64,000 nucleotides of DNA, taken from positions 6,184 through 70,183 of the forward strand of contig CAYSEV010000003.1 of the NCBI GenBank assembly GCA_964430295.1. The letters run 5' to 3'. The DNA comes from an uncultured Gammaproteobacteria bacterium (GTDB taxonomy: Bacteria > Patescibacteriota > Microgenomatia > UBA10105 > UBA927). Positions 28,609-37,948 of this stretch are shown piece after piece. Position 1 is the stretch's first letter, and each line of letters opens with the position of its first letter. The translations under genes and the position numbers were made by a program. The notes beneath the pieces are model-generated. The model was not told the DNA's origin. It did not search any database and was given only the letters and a program-made list of their open reading frames with translations.

Positions 28609-29865
28609 ATGATTATCAACAGGTTATTCCCAAAACAAATAGTTAACAGTGTAGTAAAACTTCTTGATACAGTCGAGACTGACAACAGAAAGATGTTACA
28701 TCTTACTGCAAATGAAAACACACTATCCCCTCTTGCCATGCATTTTTATAAATCTTCACTGGGTATGCGATACGATTTTGGGAGAGGAAAAGATCGTGTG
28801 GTATCTGTAGATTTTTTTGGAAATTTTGCGGCAACAACCTATCCGGAATTACATGATATTTTTGACATTGCATACATAAATGCAAAATCAATGCTGCATG
28901 CACAGGAAGTCAATCTTCAATGTCTATCAGGTGCTCATGCAATGTTGTGCGCACTCATTGGATCAAGTGATCCTGGTGATGTGATAATGACTGTGAGAGA
29001 AGCTGATGGCGGGCATTTTTGTACTGAAAAAATTATTAAATCAATAGGTCGAAAACATGTGTTTGCAACATATGATGTAAAGAAACTGACATTTGATGTA
29101 GATAAAACAATTCAAACGTTTATAAAATCACATGCTAAGATTCTATACCTTGATACATCTGTTCTATTAAAACCGCATCCCCTAAAGGAATTAAGAGCAC
29201 GTCTCCCGAAGGACAGTATCATAATATATGATGCCAGTCATACATTAGGATTAATTATGAGCGGGTATTTTCAGTCTCCGCTTTTGGAAGGAGCGGATAT
29301 GATATCTGCTAACACTCATAAAACGTTCCCAGGTCCACATAAGGGAATATTAGCTTTTAAGACAAAAAAAATGGGTGACCATGTTAATTCGATTATTCAA
29401 AATAGTCTATATTCTACGTTTCATACTAATAATCAGTTAGCATTAGCCATTTCGATAATAGAATTGAAACTGTATGGGAAACAGTATGCAAAACAGATTG
29501 TTCATAACTCTAATGAATTAGGGCTTCAGTTGGAAAAAGCTGGATTTTCTATTAGAAAAGTTGATTCTGTTTATAGTCATAATCATCAGGTCCATATGTT
29601 TGTAGATAATGATGTTAGAAGTGTCGTAAAGCTATTGCGTGACAATGGAATTGCAGTAAGCACAAGTGATGCTTTAGGTGGAAAATCATTTATTAGGATA
29701 GGAACCCAAGAGATCACAAAAAGAGGAATGAAAGAATCAGAAATGGCTTATATAGCAAAATTAATACGAAATATTTTTGAAGGACGCACGATGTTGAATG
29801 AAGTGATTTCATTTAACAACAAATACGATAAAATTCTTTATTGCCTGCCGTTTGAAGAAAAGTAA
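28609..29865 (+). CDS. SHMT-superfamily PLP enzyme, L-threonine transaldolase-like (ObiH/LipK/FTase type)
   Basis: LHLTANEN, DGGHF, YDASHTLGLIM, NTHKTFPGPHKG, YAKQIVHNS, HQVH, IRIGTQEITKRGMKE. Lacks the canonical SHMT motifs LIASEN, GGHLTHG and HKTLRGPRGG. Confidence 0.78.
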   Translation: MIINRLFPKQIVNSVVKLLDTVETDNRKMLHLTANENTLSPLAMHFYKSSLGMRYDFGRGKDRVVSVDFFGNFAATTYPELHDIFDIAYINAKSMLHAQEVNLQCLSGAHAMLCALIGSSDPGDVIMTVREADGGHFCTEKIIKSIGRKHVFATYDVKKLTFDVDKTIQTFIKSHAKILYLDTSVLLKPHPLKELRARLPKDSIIIYDASHTLGLIMSGYFQSPLLEGADMISANTHKTFPGPHKGILAFKTKKMGDHVNSIIQNSLYSTFHTNNQLALAISIIELKLYGKQYAKQIVHNSNELGLQLEKAGFSIRKVDSVYSHNHQVHMFVDNDVRSVVKLLRDNGIAVSTSDALGGKSFIRIGTQEITKRGMKESEMAYIAKLIRNIFEGRTMLNEVISFNNKYDKILYCLPFEEK

Positions 29866-31190
29866 TGAATATCCGTTATAAAGTCGTGTATACTTTTTTT
29901 TGTAACATGTGGTATAAAGAAAAATTTGTATAATATAGTCTTGATTTTTTTTGATCGCTCAAATTCAAAAACTGTATTTTTAGCGTATATCCAGTATTTA
30001 TTCTCAATCTCCTTCGAAAACCTTTTCATCTTGCCTTTATGAAGTATTACTCCACAGGTGAGGCTGTACGGAGAGCTTATTATCAATGAATTGGGATATG
30101 TTTCTTTAATAAATAGTATGAATTTCTCTTTTAACTTAAGTTGTTGGTTAATGATATTTCTAAAACCAGTTTTACCGTATCTGTGTATGACTGCCCATAT
30201 TGCCGCAGCGGATGCTCCTGGTCTTGATCCTAACAGTGTATTGTCCCGTATTGAAAATACCGGAACTTCTTTTTCAATCAGCTCCTTGAGTCGTTTTGAA
30301 CATAACACGACTCCCGCAGGATACGGAACAGCTGTAAATTTGGAAAAATCGACCGAATATGCATGGACATATTTTGAGTTTAACGGTCTATACTTGCTAT
30401 GTGAAAATGGCAATACGAATCCATCAAATGCAGCATCTATAATAATAGAGAAAAATATATCTTTGAAGTCTGCTTGAATTTTTTCAATCATAGAAGATAC
30501 AAGTTCAGTATCGTCGCTCGTTCCGGTTTCTGTGTACCCATGTGTCAACGAAATAATAAAGCCCCGCATTCCTGATTTAATTTGACTTCTTATTAATTGC
30601 TCGAGTGACGGTATATCAATGGTCCAAGATACACTGTTAAGTGGAGAATCTTTCATGCCAATAGACGTCATTGAACATGCTTTATCGATAGAGTAATGAG
30701 TAAGAGTTGTTTTTATAAGGCATATATTATCCAAAGGAATCTTTGTTTGAAGGTATGATTTAGCAATCCAAACAGAATATATATTCCCCTCCGTTCCTCC
30801 AGAAGATACATATCCTTCCAGCAATTTATGGTTTCCACCGTATAAATCTATTAATTTATGAATAACTTCATATTCTAATTGTCGAGTTCCACTTTTATCA
30901 TTTGTTGTGCTCCAGACTCCAAGATTATTAGGATTATAGCGTAGGAAGCTCCTATACACGTGTAACGCAAAAAAATTAACTTTAGGATACAGCGTTCCGA
31001 TATTATGAGTAAGATCACTTTTTCTTAAATCGATAATTGCAGAAAAAAGCCTCGCAATTACCCGCAAAAAACCTGCTGAGCGTTTAGGAAATTGTGTTTT
31101 TGTAAGAGGAGTGTAATATGATATTAGAGGGAGCATTGAATAATACCGTATTCGGTTACTCATTTTTTGCGAAAAAAGCTGAAAATTCAT
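29838..31190 (-). CDS. Group II PLP-dependent decarboxylase, paralog B
   Basis: GYVSSGGTEGN, THYSIDKA, IDAAFDG, SVDFSK (His replaced by Ser before the PLP lysine), TLLGSRPG. Confidence 0.85.
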   Translation of the reverse strand: MNFQLFSQKMSNRIRYYSMLPLISYYTPLTKTQFPKRSAGFLRVIARLFSAIIDLRKSDLTHNIGTLYPKVNFFALHVYRSFLRYNPNNLGVWSTTNDKSGTRQLEYEVIHKLIDLYGGNHKLLEGYVSSGGTEGNIYSVWIAKSYLQTKIPLDNICLIKTTLTHYSIDKACSMTSIGMKDSPLNSVSWTIDIPSLEQLIRSQIKSGMRGFIISLTHGYTETGTSDDTELVSSMIEKIQADFKDIFFSIIIDAAFDGFVLPFSHSKYRPLNSKYVHAYSVDFSKFTAVPYPAGVVLCSKRLKELIEKEVPVFSIRDNTLLGSRPGASAAAIWAVIHRYGKTGFRNIINQQLKLKEKFILFIKETYPNSLIISSPYSLTCGVILHKGKMKRFSKEIENKYWIYAKNTVFEFERSKKIKTILYKFFFIPHVTKKSIHDFITDIHYFSSNGRQ

Positions 31191-31205
31191 ATAGCAATTT
31201 TAAAA

Positions 31206-32189
31206 TTACCAACGGTAATGCACGTCATTTTTTACATAGGTATCATAGATATGTTTTATAGCTTTCATATTTGCCTCTGATAGCTTGGGTAAATCACTTG
31301 AAGCAGCATTTTCCTTTATTTGCAATGGTGTTTTCCCTCCAACGATAACTGTAGATACTGCGTCCTGCATTAAAATCCATTTAAGTGCAAACTGGGCCAT
31401 TGTATAATCTTTACCTTTAAGTGATTTAATTTTTCTGACTGCAGATAATCCTTTATAGAAATCAACACCTGCGAAAGTTTCTCCTTGATCAAATACTTCT
31501 CCGTGCCTATTAAAATTTCTATGATCATTTTTTGGGAATCTAGAAAATATAGAAAACTTTCCAGTCAAAAGGCCACTTGCAAGAGGCACTCTTACGATGA
31601 TGCCTATATTTCTTTTTTTTGCCTCTCTAAATAGAAGCTCCATAGGTCTTTGTCTAAACATATTAAAAATAATTTGTATTGTAGAAACATTTGGGTACTC
31701 TATTGCTTTAAGTGCCTCTTCGACTTTCTCGACACTCACACCATAAAAGCGAATTTTTTTCTTCTTCACCATCTCATCTAAAAATGAAAACACTTGTGGC
31801 ATGTAATATACTTCAGTTGGCGGTGTATGAAGTTGTAATATATCGATACATGAGGTATTTAAGTTCTTTCGACTCTGCTCTATATATGCGTGCATGTTGC
31901 TTTTTGTGTATGCATCTCTAGTATGTGGATCGGATTTTCTGCCTATTTTTGTAGCGACAATAATGCGTCTACCAGCATTTTGTATATATTCACCGATAAA
32001 TTTTTCACTTCTTCCGTTTCCATATATATCCGCCGTATCTATGAAATTTATACCAGTATCAGATATACTTGATAATGCTGTTCTAGCCTGCTCGTCCGAC
32101 ACAGTACCCCATCCACCCCCTATGCCCCAACTACCATATCCTATCTCAGAAACTTTATATCCGGTTTTTCCTAAAGTTCTATATTTCAT
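31206..32189 (-). CDS. Aldo/keto reductase
   Basis: YRTLGKTG..VSEIGYG, FIDTADIYGNGRSE, ATK, LQLH, PLASGLLTGKF. Confidence 0.95.
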   Translation of the reverse strand: MKYRTLGKTGYKVSEIGYGSWGIGGGWGTVSDEQARTALSSISDTGINFIDTADIYGNGRSEKFIGEYIQNAGRRIIVATKIGRKSDPHTRDAYTKSNMHAYIEQSRKNLNTSCIDILQLHTPPTEVYYMPQVFSFLDEMVKKKKIRFYGVSVEKVEEALKAIEYPNVSTIQIIFNMFRQRPMELLFREAKKRNIGIIVRVPLASGLLTGKFSIFSRFPKNDHRNFNRHGEVFDQGETFAGVDFYKGLSAVRKIKSLKGKDYTMAQFALKWILMQDAVSTVIVGGKTPLQIKENAASSDLPKLSEANMKAIKHIYDTYVKNDVHYRW

Positions 32190-32210
32190 AGATATTGTAA
32201 AATAAACACA

Positions 32211-33581
32211 TTAGTCCTCAATAATTTGAGCTGAAAAATATAGGTCACTTGAATGGTATGGTCGATTTTTGTTACACATAAAGCTGTATAACTTTCCCAA
32301 AAATGTTGCATCAAAGGCTTTTAATTCTGCCGCTAGTATATCCATTTCTGTCTTAAATGTCTTTCCGGCTGTACCATCCGTACGATCAAATATGTAAGAC
32401 ACGATATCATGTCTCTTTTTCTTTTCTATTACAGATTCACCAGACGTTTCAATATTTGTTATTATACGAAAGAGTTCACTAAAACCTCTTGCCGTATATG
32501 ATATTTTTTGAACTTCATGTATAGTCGGGAAATATTCACCCCATATCCCTTGAGATTTATCCGGATATAGAAAAATTGCAGGTTTACCTAGAGATAAAAA
32601 ATCCCCCGCTATGGTTGATAGATCTGTAACAAGAATGTCTGCTGCAATAAGTGTCTTATTCGGTCCAAGGTAGTTTGACCGTGTAGAATCATCAAAATAC
32701 GTATTTGCATATTTTTTGAGTGTTTTTATGATAGGGTCTTTTATTTGGTACTGATATATACAAATAGGATGAGGCCGAATGATTACATTAAAATTCATTT
32801 GTTTTGCATAAGAGCAAAAACGTTCTAAATTCCTAATATCATCTCGTTTTTTTCCTATCCCCCATATTTTTTGTGATTCCCAACTAGGGGCATAAACGAT
32901 CGTTCTCCTACTTGGATCTAGATTATACTCCTGTAATATTTTGTGCTTATCTAAGGTGTTTGTGTATAGCGTGTCATTTAATACTCTTCCTATGATTCGT
33001 ATTCGCTTATCGTTTGCATGTAGAGGTGTTCGCTTTATTACTTCATCTTTTAATAATGATCCAGTGACAAAAATTCTTGCATATTTAGAAAAAGATGGAA
33101 TATTATCTGCGTGAAAATACGGTGCAGGTCCAATTTCAAATAATTCACTATGAAATACCTGCACGATATTTTTTCGCATATAAGTTTCAATAATTGGCAT
33201 TGGCATATCTATCAACCAAATTGCACGATTTCCGTATATATTTTTAAGGAAGAGTACATATGGTATAAATGCACGTTGCCATTGTGAATGTGTTATATGT
33301 TCTGACGGCTTAAGAGTACAATATTCAGGTGAACAATGCCCCAAATAATGCGTTAGAAATGGCATGTTGAATAGATACTTGTTTTTAATCCATTTAGGAG
33401 AGTTATTATAACTTTGCGCATTTGTATATATCATTATCGGGAGAATTGAATTCGAATCTATTAAATGTTTATAGTAGGCGTCCATATTTCTACCACATCC
33501 TAGATCCGATTCAATCGCCATAATCATGCATGGAACTTTATTATTTCCCCGGCGAGTAAAACTGTTAAATTCTGATATCAT
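32211..33581 (-). CDS. CDP-glycerol glycerophosphotransferase (TagF/TagB) family protein
   Basis: VQVFH, TIVYAPSW, IIRPHP, ADILVTDLSTIAGDFLSLGKPAIF. Confidence 0.78.
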   Translation of the reverse strand: MISEFNSFTRRGNNKVPCMIMAIESDLGCGRNMDAYYKHLIDSNSILPIMIYTNAQSYNNSPKWIKNKYLFNMPFLTHYLGHCSPEYCTLKPSEHITHSQWQRAFIPYVLFLKNIYGNRAIWLIDMPMPIIETYMRKNIVQVFHSELFEIGPAPYFHADNIPSFSKYARIFVTGSLLKDEVIKRTPLHANDKRIRIIGRVLNDTLYTNTLDKHKILQEYNLDPSRRTIVYAPSWESQKIWGIGKKRDDIRNLERFCSYAKQMNFNVIIRPHPICIYQYQIKDPIIKTLKKYANTYFDDSTRSNYLGPNKTLIAADILVTDLSTIAGDFLSLGKPAIFLYPDKSQGIWGEYFPTIHEVQKISYTARGFSELFRIITNIETSGESVIEKKKRHDIVSYIFDRTDGTAGKTFKTEMDILAAELKAFDATFLGKLYSFMCNKNRPYHSSDLYFSAQIIED

Positions 33582-33645
33582 AGAATTAAATTATGAAGGA
33601 ATAAATATAGTGGGTAGTATACCTGAGAATAGTATCTATTAAAAT

Positions 33646-34275
33646 ATGAAGATTGCATTTATAGGGATGTCCGGGTGCGGTAAAACGTATTGGTCATCTA
33701 AAATACATAAATTAGGATATTCACTCATAGGGTGTGATGCACAGATTGGCAAAAAATTGTCAGGTGAAATGGCTGAGCTAACACGATCAAGTGGAACCGA
33801 AGACGTTTCGCGATGGATGGGACAACCTTTTGAGTCACAGTACGCTAAACATAGTCGTATGTATCTCTATTACGAAAATGAGGTAATGCAAGAAGTTATA
33901 TCTTTTGTTGAGCATTCTTCAGATGTTGCTAATATTGTTGTAGATACCACAGGTAGTCTCGTATATGTCAAAAAGTCAATTTTGCAAAAGCTAAAAAAAC
34001 AATTGACTTTTGTATACTTAAAATCTCCCCAATCACGAATAAAAACTATGATTCAACAGTATTTTGATGATCCAAAACCTATAATTTGGGGTGATTTTTA
34101 TGTAAAGAACAGTGTTGAGTCGAATATAGAATCAATAAAGCGATGTTATCCTTCTATGCTTGAGTATCGTAGCCGTATATACGAATCACTGGCAGACGTT
34201 ACATTGGATGTGGATAAATTATCAGACAATACTATTACTGCAGAAACGGTACTGAAAATGATTTCTCTCGATTGA
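33646..34275 (+). CDS. P-loop small-molecule kinase (shikimate-kinase-like)
   Basis: IAFIGMSGCGKT (Walker A), IVVDTTGS, R..IYESLAD. Confidence 0.75.
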   Translation: MKIAFIGMSGCGKTYWSSKIHKLGYSLIGCDAQIGKKLSGEMAELTRSSGTEDVSRWMGQPFESQYAKHSRMYLYYENEVMQEVISFVEHSSDVANIVVDTTGSLVYVKKSILQKLKKQLTFVYLKSPQSRIKTMIQQYFDDPKPIIWGDFYVKNSVESNIESIKRCYPSMLEYRSRIYESLADVTLDVDKLSDNTITAETVLKMISLD

Positions 34276-34294
34276 TATAAACATATGGAGACAT

Positions 34295-35044
34295 TTATGT
34301 CAGCCCCAAAATATGCATATTAATATCCTCTAAATCCTTGGGTGTGTCTACATCGCACCAGAAATCAGCAGTCGTATTATCACAATAGTAAACGCTATCT
34401 CCTTGGTCAATGATTTTTTGAAAAGCATACTCAGGAAATTCTTTATATTTTCGCTGTTTCATAATATCGTTTAATGACTGAATTACAACTGGACTTGCAT
34501 ATTTATCAACGTAGTCTATTCCCTGGGCTATCCCATATGCATCTGTAGCTGATATGTGTTTTCCGTATTCAATAACAGTCCCCGTCTTCTGGTTAACACT
34601 GACTGCAAAATCCTCATCGGTATTTTTCCTCCTTTGTTCAACTGCTGAAACTATACTTTTTTTGCTCTCAATAAGTCGTATCAAAATCTCCTTGTTGTAA
34701 TATAGATCTCCTGCCAGTCGAAAAAAATCTGAATTATATAATAACGGGCTCGCACAATAAAAAGAATATATACTATTTCGCTGAAGATAGTGTTTGTTAA
34801 ATACAAAAGTAAAATGTATATCAGGAAAAAACTTTTCTGTAAATTTCTTTATCTGATCTGCTTTATAACCTACGACTAATATAATATCTGATATTCCAAT
34901 TGTCCTTATATTATTTATGCTATACCACAACAACGGTTTTTCATGAACCATAAGGAGACTTTTATGGGTAATCCCGGAATAGGGCAACAACCTTCCCCCA
35001 TCACCGGCCAAGAGTATTACAGCTTTAGTCTTTGTTATATTCAT
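34295..35044 (-). CDS. NTP transferase, phosphocholine/phosphonate cytidylyltransferase (LicC)-like
   Basis: AVILLAGDGGRLLPY, HKSLLMV, VVGYK, NSIYS, GD, WCDVDTPKDL. Confidence 0.85.
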   Translation of the reverse strand: MNITKTKAVILLAGDGGRLLPYSGITHKSLLMVHEKPLLWYSINNIRTIGISDIILVVGYKADQIKKFTEKFFPDIHFTFVFNKHYLQRNSIYSFYCASPLLYNSDFFRLAGDLYYNKEILIRLIESKKSIVSAVEQRRKNTDEDFAVSVNQKTGTVIEYGKHISATDAYGIAQGIDYVDKYASPVVIQSLNDIMKQRKYKEFPEYAFQKIIDQGDSVYYCDNTTADFWCDVDTPKDLEDINMHILGLT

Positions 35045-35928
35045 TATAATGTTTCAGGCCATCGCGACTTCAAAGTAAGGTTTATAAATCGGGAAATACG
35101 GTTTAGGTCTATCAGGTTCGATGCCGGTTTATGACATAGAATAATAGTCCTCCAGCTTCCTTTACTCCACGTTGACTCGTTATAGTTTCCATATAAATTT
35201 TGAATTTCAAAACCGACATGTTCAAGCATTTGTTTATACTGTTTAAGGGTATACTGAATCATATAGTAATGAAAATATCCTGATTTACCGTTCTTTTGCC
35301 ATTTTCTGTGGTATGAATCTAACTGAGCATCCTCGTAATATAAATCGGTATCTATAAGGTTGTATCCATCAACAGTATTCTTCTTGACGTATTTGTACAC
35401 TCCTGGGCGTACTTTTTTACCGTATTTCTTAATATACGAAACATGTTCATATGCATTAATAACATCAATCAAAAATTTTCCTCCAGGTTTGAGAGCATTA
35501 AATATTCGGTGAAGAACATCTATATTCTCTTCGTGTGCAAAATATCCAAAAGCAGAATATAAGGATAAAATAACATCATAGGTATTATGGTCAGCTAGTT
35601 CTCTCATGTCCTTTTTTATAAACGTAACTGATGAATTATTTTTTTTTGCCTCTTTTCTAGCAATTTTGAGGAAATAATCAGAATAATCCAGCCCTGTTAT
35701 TTTTAAATTTGCTTTTGATAGTTCAATTGCATGTCTTCCGTGTCCGCAACCTAAATCAAGGATATTATGTGTTGGACGTAGTGGAACTATTTTGCGTATA
35801 AACGAGGCTTCATCGCGGGAGCGGCTTTGAGATAAAACCGGATTATAAAGGTGGTAATATGTTGCTCCAAATTGTTTTTTCCACCAAGTTTTTGGAGTTT
35901 TTGATGGTAAAGAAAAAATAGAAGTCAT
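35044..35928 (-). CDS. Class I SAM-dependent methyltransferase
   Basis: ILDLGCGHGRH, GLDYS, DMREL, AFGYF, LKPGGKFLID. Start moved to ATG 35928, which overlaps the upstream TGA. Confidence 0.9.
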   Translation of the reverse strand: MTSIFSLPSKTPKTWWKKQFGATYYHLYNPVLSQSRSRDEASFIRKIVPLRPTHNILDLGCGHGRHAIELSKANLKITGLDYSDYFLKIARKEAKKNNSSVTFIKKDMRELADHNTYDVILSLYSAFGYFAHEENIDVLHRIFNALKPGGKFLIDVINAYEHVSYIKKYGKKVRPGVYKYVKKNTVDGYNLIDTDLYYEDAQLDSYHRKWQKNGKSGYFHYYMIQYTLKQYKQMLEHVGFEIQNLYGNYNESTWSKGSWRTIILCHKPASNLIDLNRISRFINLTLKSRWPETL

Positions 35929-37196
35929 AGTGTATATACGTTTGGTATATTTTGTATCCAATTTTGAGCGATAGAATAGGTTAGAGCACCCTGATTAAGT
36001 ATTGTAACAACATCTCCGATATTCATATCTTTGGCATAACATGCATACCCCCATAAATCACGTGTTGTGCACAAATTTCCGTACATAGTATTTATAATTT
36101 CTTTGTCTGATGGTCTAGTCAGATTTATGGCCGGAAAGTATTCATACATATATCGCTGCCACCCGACCATATTTATGCCGCCATCAAGAATAGATACCGC
36201 AGTGTTTTTAATATCGACGATTGATAACACAATATGCATTGCCCTATTACAGATAATTCTGCCTGGTTCTGCATAGTAATCTGGTGTTATGAGAGGTTCT
36301 AAATACGTATGTATTGCTTTTGAGATCGCACTAGCATATTTTTTGAGTTCTATTGCTTCTCTTAGTTTAAATTCATTTGAAAATCTTCGTTTTACATCAT
36401 CATATGAACTATGTACGTTGTTGTGTGAATCTTTAGAGAATTCGTATGGGTAATATCCCTCTGATTCATACGGTTCAAATCCCCCACCGAAATCTATATA
36501 TTTTATAGTTTCTCTTTCTTGTTTAGAAAAGTGACTAAGTTGATCAGCTAATTCCTTAATACTTTCAACATATGCAACTGCATCTTTATTTCTGGATGCA
36601 TGAAAATGTATGCCCTGAATATGTATGTACGGATACTTGTAAGCCTGCTTCCAAAATACACGAAGCTGATCAATATCTATGCCGAATTTAACCCATTGCG
36701 GCAATGCTTTTACGTGTATACGTACACCAATGGTTATATGTTTTTTAAGATTGTTGGTTATTGTTCCTAATCGATCTAGTTCAAGAAAACTGTCAACGTG
36801 AATGCGTACATATTTTGTATGTTTAACCGCATATAAAAGTTCATGATTTTTTTTCCCTGGACTATAATATAGTATATTTTTACACCCTAATTTTATTGCA
36901 TCAGTAAGCTCAACGCCGCTTGCAACATCAAGACCATACCCATGTAAGAGTGCTTCTTTAACCAATGGTCGATAATTATTTATTTTATATGCATAAAACG
37001 GGTGAAAGTTAGGTATATGTGTTGAGAAAATATTAACAAAATTTTCTAAGTCCTCCTGAAGCGCCTGTTTGTCGAAGACATAAAAAGGAGTTTCATATTT
37101 TTTTGACAACATCAAGATTTTTTCACGGTTGTTTTTTGTAAAAGATTTCACAATCTTCACGAATTGTCGCTGATGTTTAATGTCGCCAGTTTTCAT
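35925..37196 (-). CDS. Fold-type III PLP decarboxylase (diaminopimelate/ornithine decarboxylase family; substrate uncertain)
   Basis: TPFYVFD, YAYK (PLP lysine), DVASGVEL, KFG, HFH, DFGGGF, EPGR, GNLCTTRD. Confidence 0.88.
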   Translation of the reverse strand: MKTGDIKHQRQFVKIVKSFTKNNREKILMLSKKYETPFYVFDKQALQEDLENFVNIFSTHIPNFHPFYAYKINNYRPLVKEALLHGYGLDVASGVELTDAIKLGCKNILYYSPGKKNHELLYAVKHTKYVRIHVDSFLELDRLGTITNNLKKHITIGVRIHVKALPQWVKFGIDIDQLRVFWKQAYKYPYIHIQGIHFHASRNKDAVAYVESIKELADQLSHFSKQERETIKYIDFGGGFEPYESEGYYPYEFSKDSHNNVHSSYDDVKRRFSNEFKLREAIELKKYASAISKAIHTYLEPLITPDYYAEPGRIICNRAMHIVLSIVDIKNTAVSILDGGINMVGWQRYMYEYFPAINLTRPSDKEIINTMYGNLCTTRDLWGYACYAKDMNIGDVVTILNQGALTYSIAQNWIQNIPNVYTL

Positions 37197-37948
37197 AGTG
37201 GAGACGTGTATTCAAGGTTCTTTCCTTGCATAGATTTATAGAATTGATCTACCAATTCTTTCGATCCACTGTGTTCAACCTGTCCATTTCTTAATACAAC
37301 AATTCTATTGCAGTTATTTTTTACATATGAAAGCCAGTGCGTCACCAAAAGAATGGTCGTCCCTTTTTTGTAAAGCATTTCAATCGTTTTTAACGCTTTA
37401 TTTTGGAATTTTTGATCCCCTACATACATACTTTCATCAAGAATAAGTATGTCAGGATCAGAATGAATAGTGATGGAAAAGCTTAGCTTCAATTTCATCC
37501 CATCAGAATATGTAAAAAGTGGCGCATCGATAAACTGTCCTACATCAGAATACTCTATAATAGAGTTAAGTTTTGATGTTATTTCTTTTTCTCTCATGTT
37601 AAGAAGCATCCCCATCAGATAGATATTTTGAATGCCAGTTAATTCCGGTCTAAATCCTGCTTCAAGATTGATCAACGATACTATTCTTCCGTGAGTTTCC
37701 ACAGTTCCGGATGTCGGTGTTGTCACCCCTGATATTATTTTCAATAACGTGGTTTTCCCCGATCCATTGGGACCAATAATGCCGACTCTCTCCCCCTTCA
37801 TGAACTGTAGATTTATATCCTTTAACGCCCAAAAAGATTCATTTCTTCCTTTAAGTATTTTTTCCATCAGTGTTGGTTTTTCATGATGGATTTCATATTT
37901 TTTACTAATATGTGTAAGTTTTATTGCTATAGTGTTGTTTTTTTTCAT
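37193..37948 (-). CDS. Polysaccharide/teichoic acid ABC exporter ATP-binding subunit (Wzt/TagH)
   Basis: FWALKDI, GPNGSGKTT, GFRPELTG, YSDGMK, ILILDE; no C-terminal carbohydrate-binding domain. Confidence 0.93.
   Translation of the reverse strand: MKKNNTIAIKLTHISKKYEIHHEKPTLMEKILKGRNESFWALKDINLQFMKGERVGIIGPNGSGKTTLLKIISGVTTPTSGTVETHGRIVSLINLEAGFRPELTGIQNIYLMGMLLNMREKEITSKLNSIIEYSDVGQFIDAPLFTYSDGMKLKLSFSITIHSDPDILILDESMYVGDQKFQNKALKTIEMLYKKGTTILLVTHWLSYVKNNCNRIVVLRNGQVEHSGSKELVDQFYKSMQGKNLEYTSPL

Noticed and set aside
28609-29865. Calling this gene glyA
   Set aside because: Canonical SHMT motifs are replaced by transaldolase-type motifs, so the symbol is withheld.
34295-35044. Phosphonate biosynthesis cluster
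   Set aside because: The NTP transferase would fit, but no PEP mutase or phosphonopyruvate decarboxylase gene is in the window.
27138-37196. Calling genes glnA, aroK or lysA as amino-acid biosynthesis
   Set aside because: Motifs diverge, no partner pathway genes are in the window, and the LysA-like gene is coupled to glycan export. Only family-level calls are supported.
4021-37930. A/T homopolymer runs of 8-9 nt as phase-variation switches
   Set aside because: Expected in AT-rich, Lys-rich genes; the reading frames are intact and no long G/C tracts were seen.
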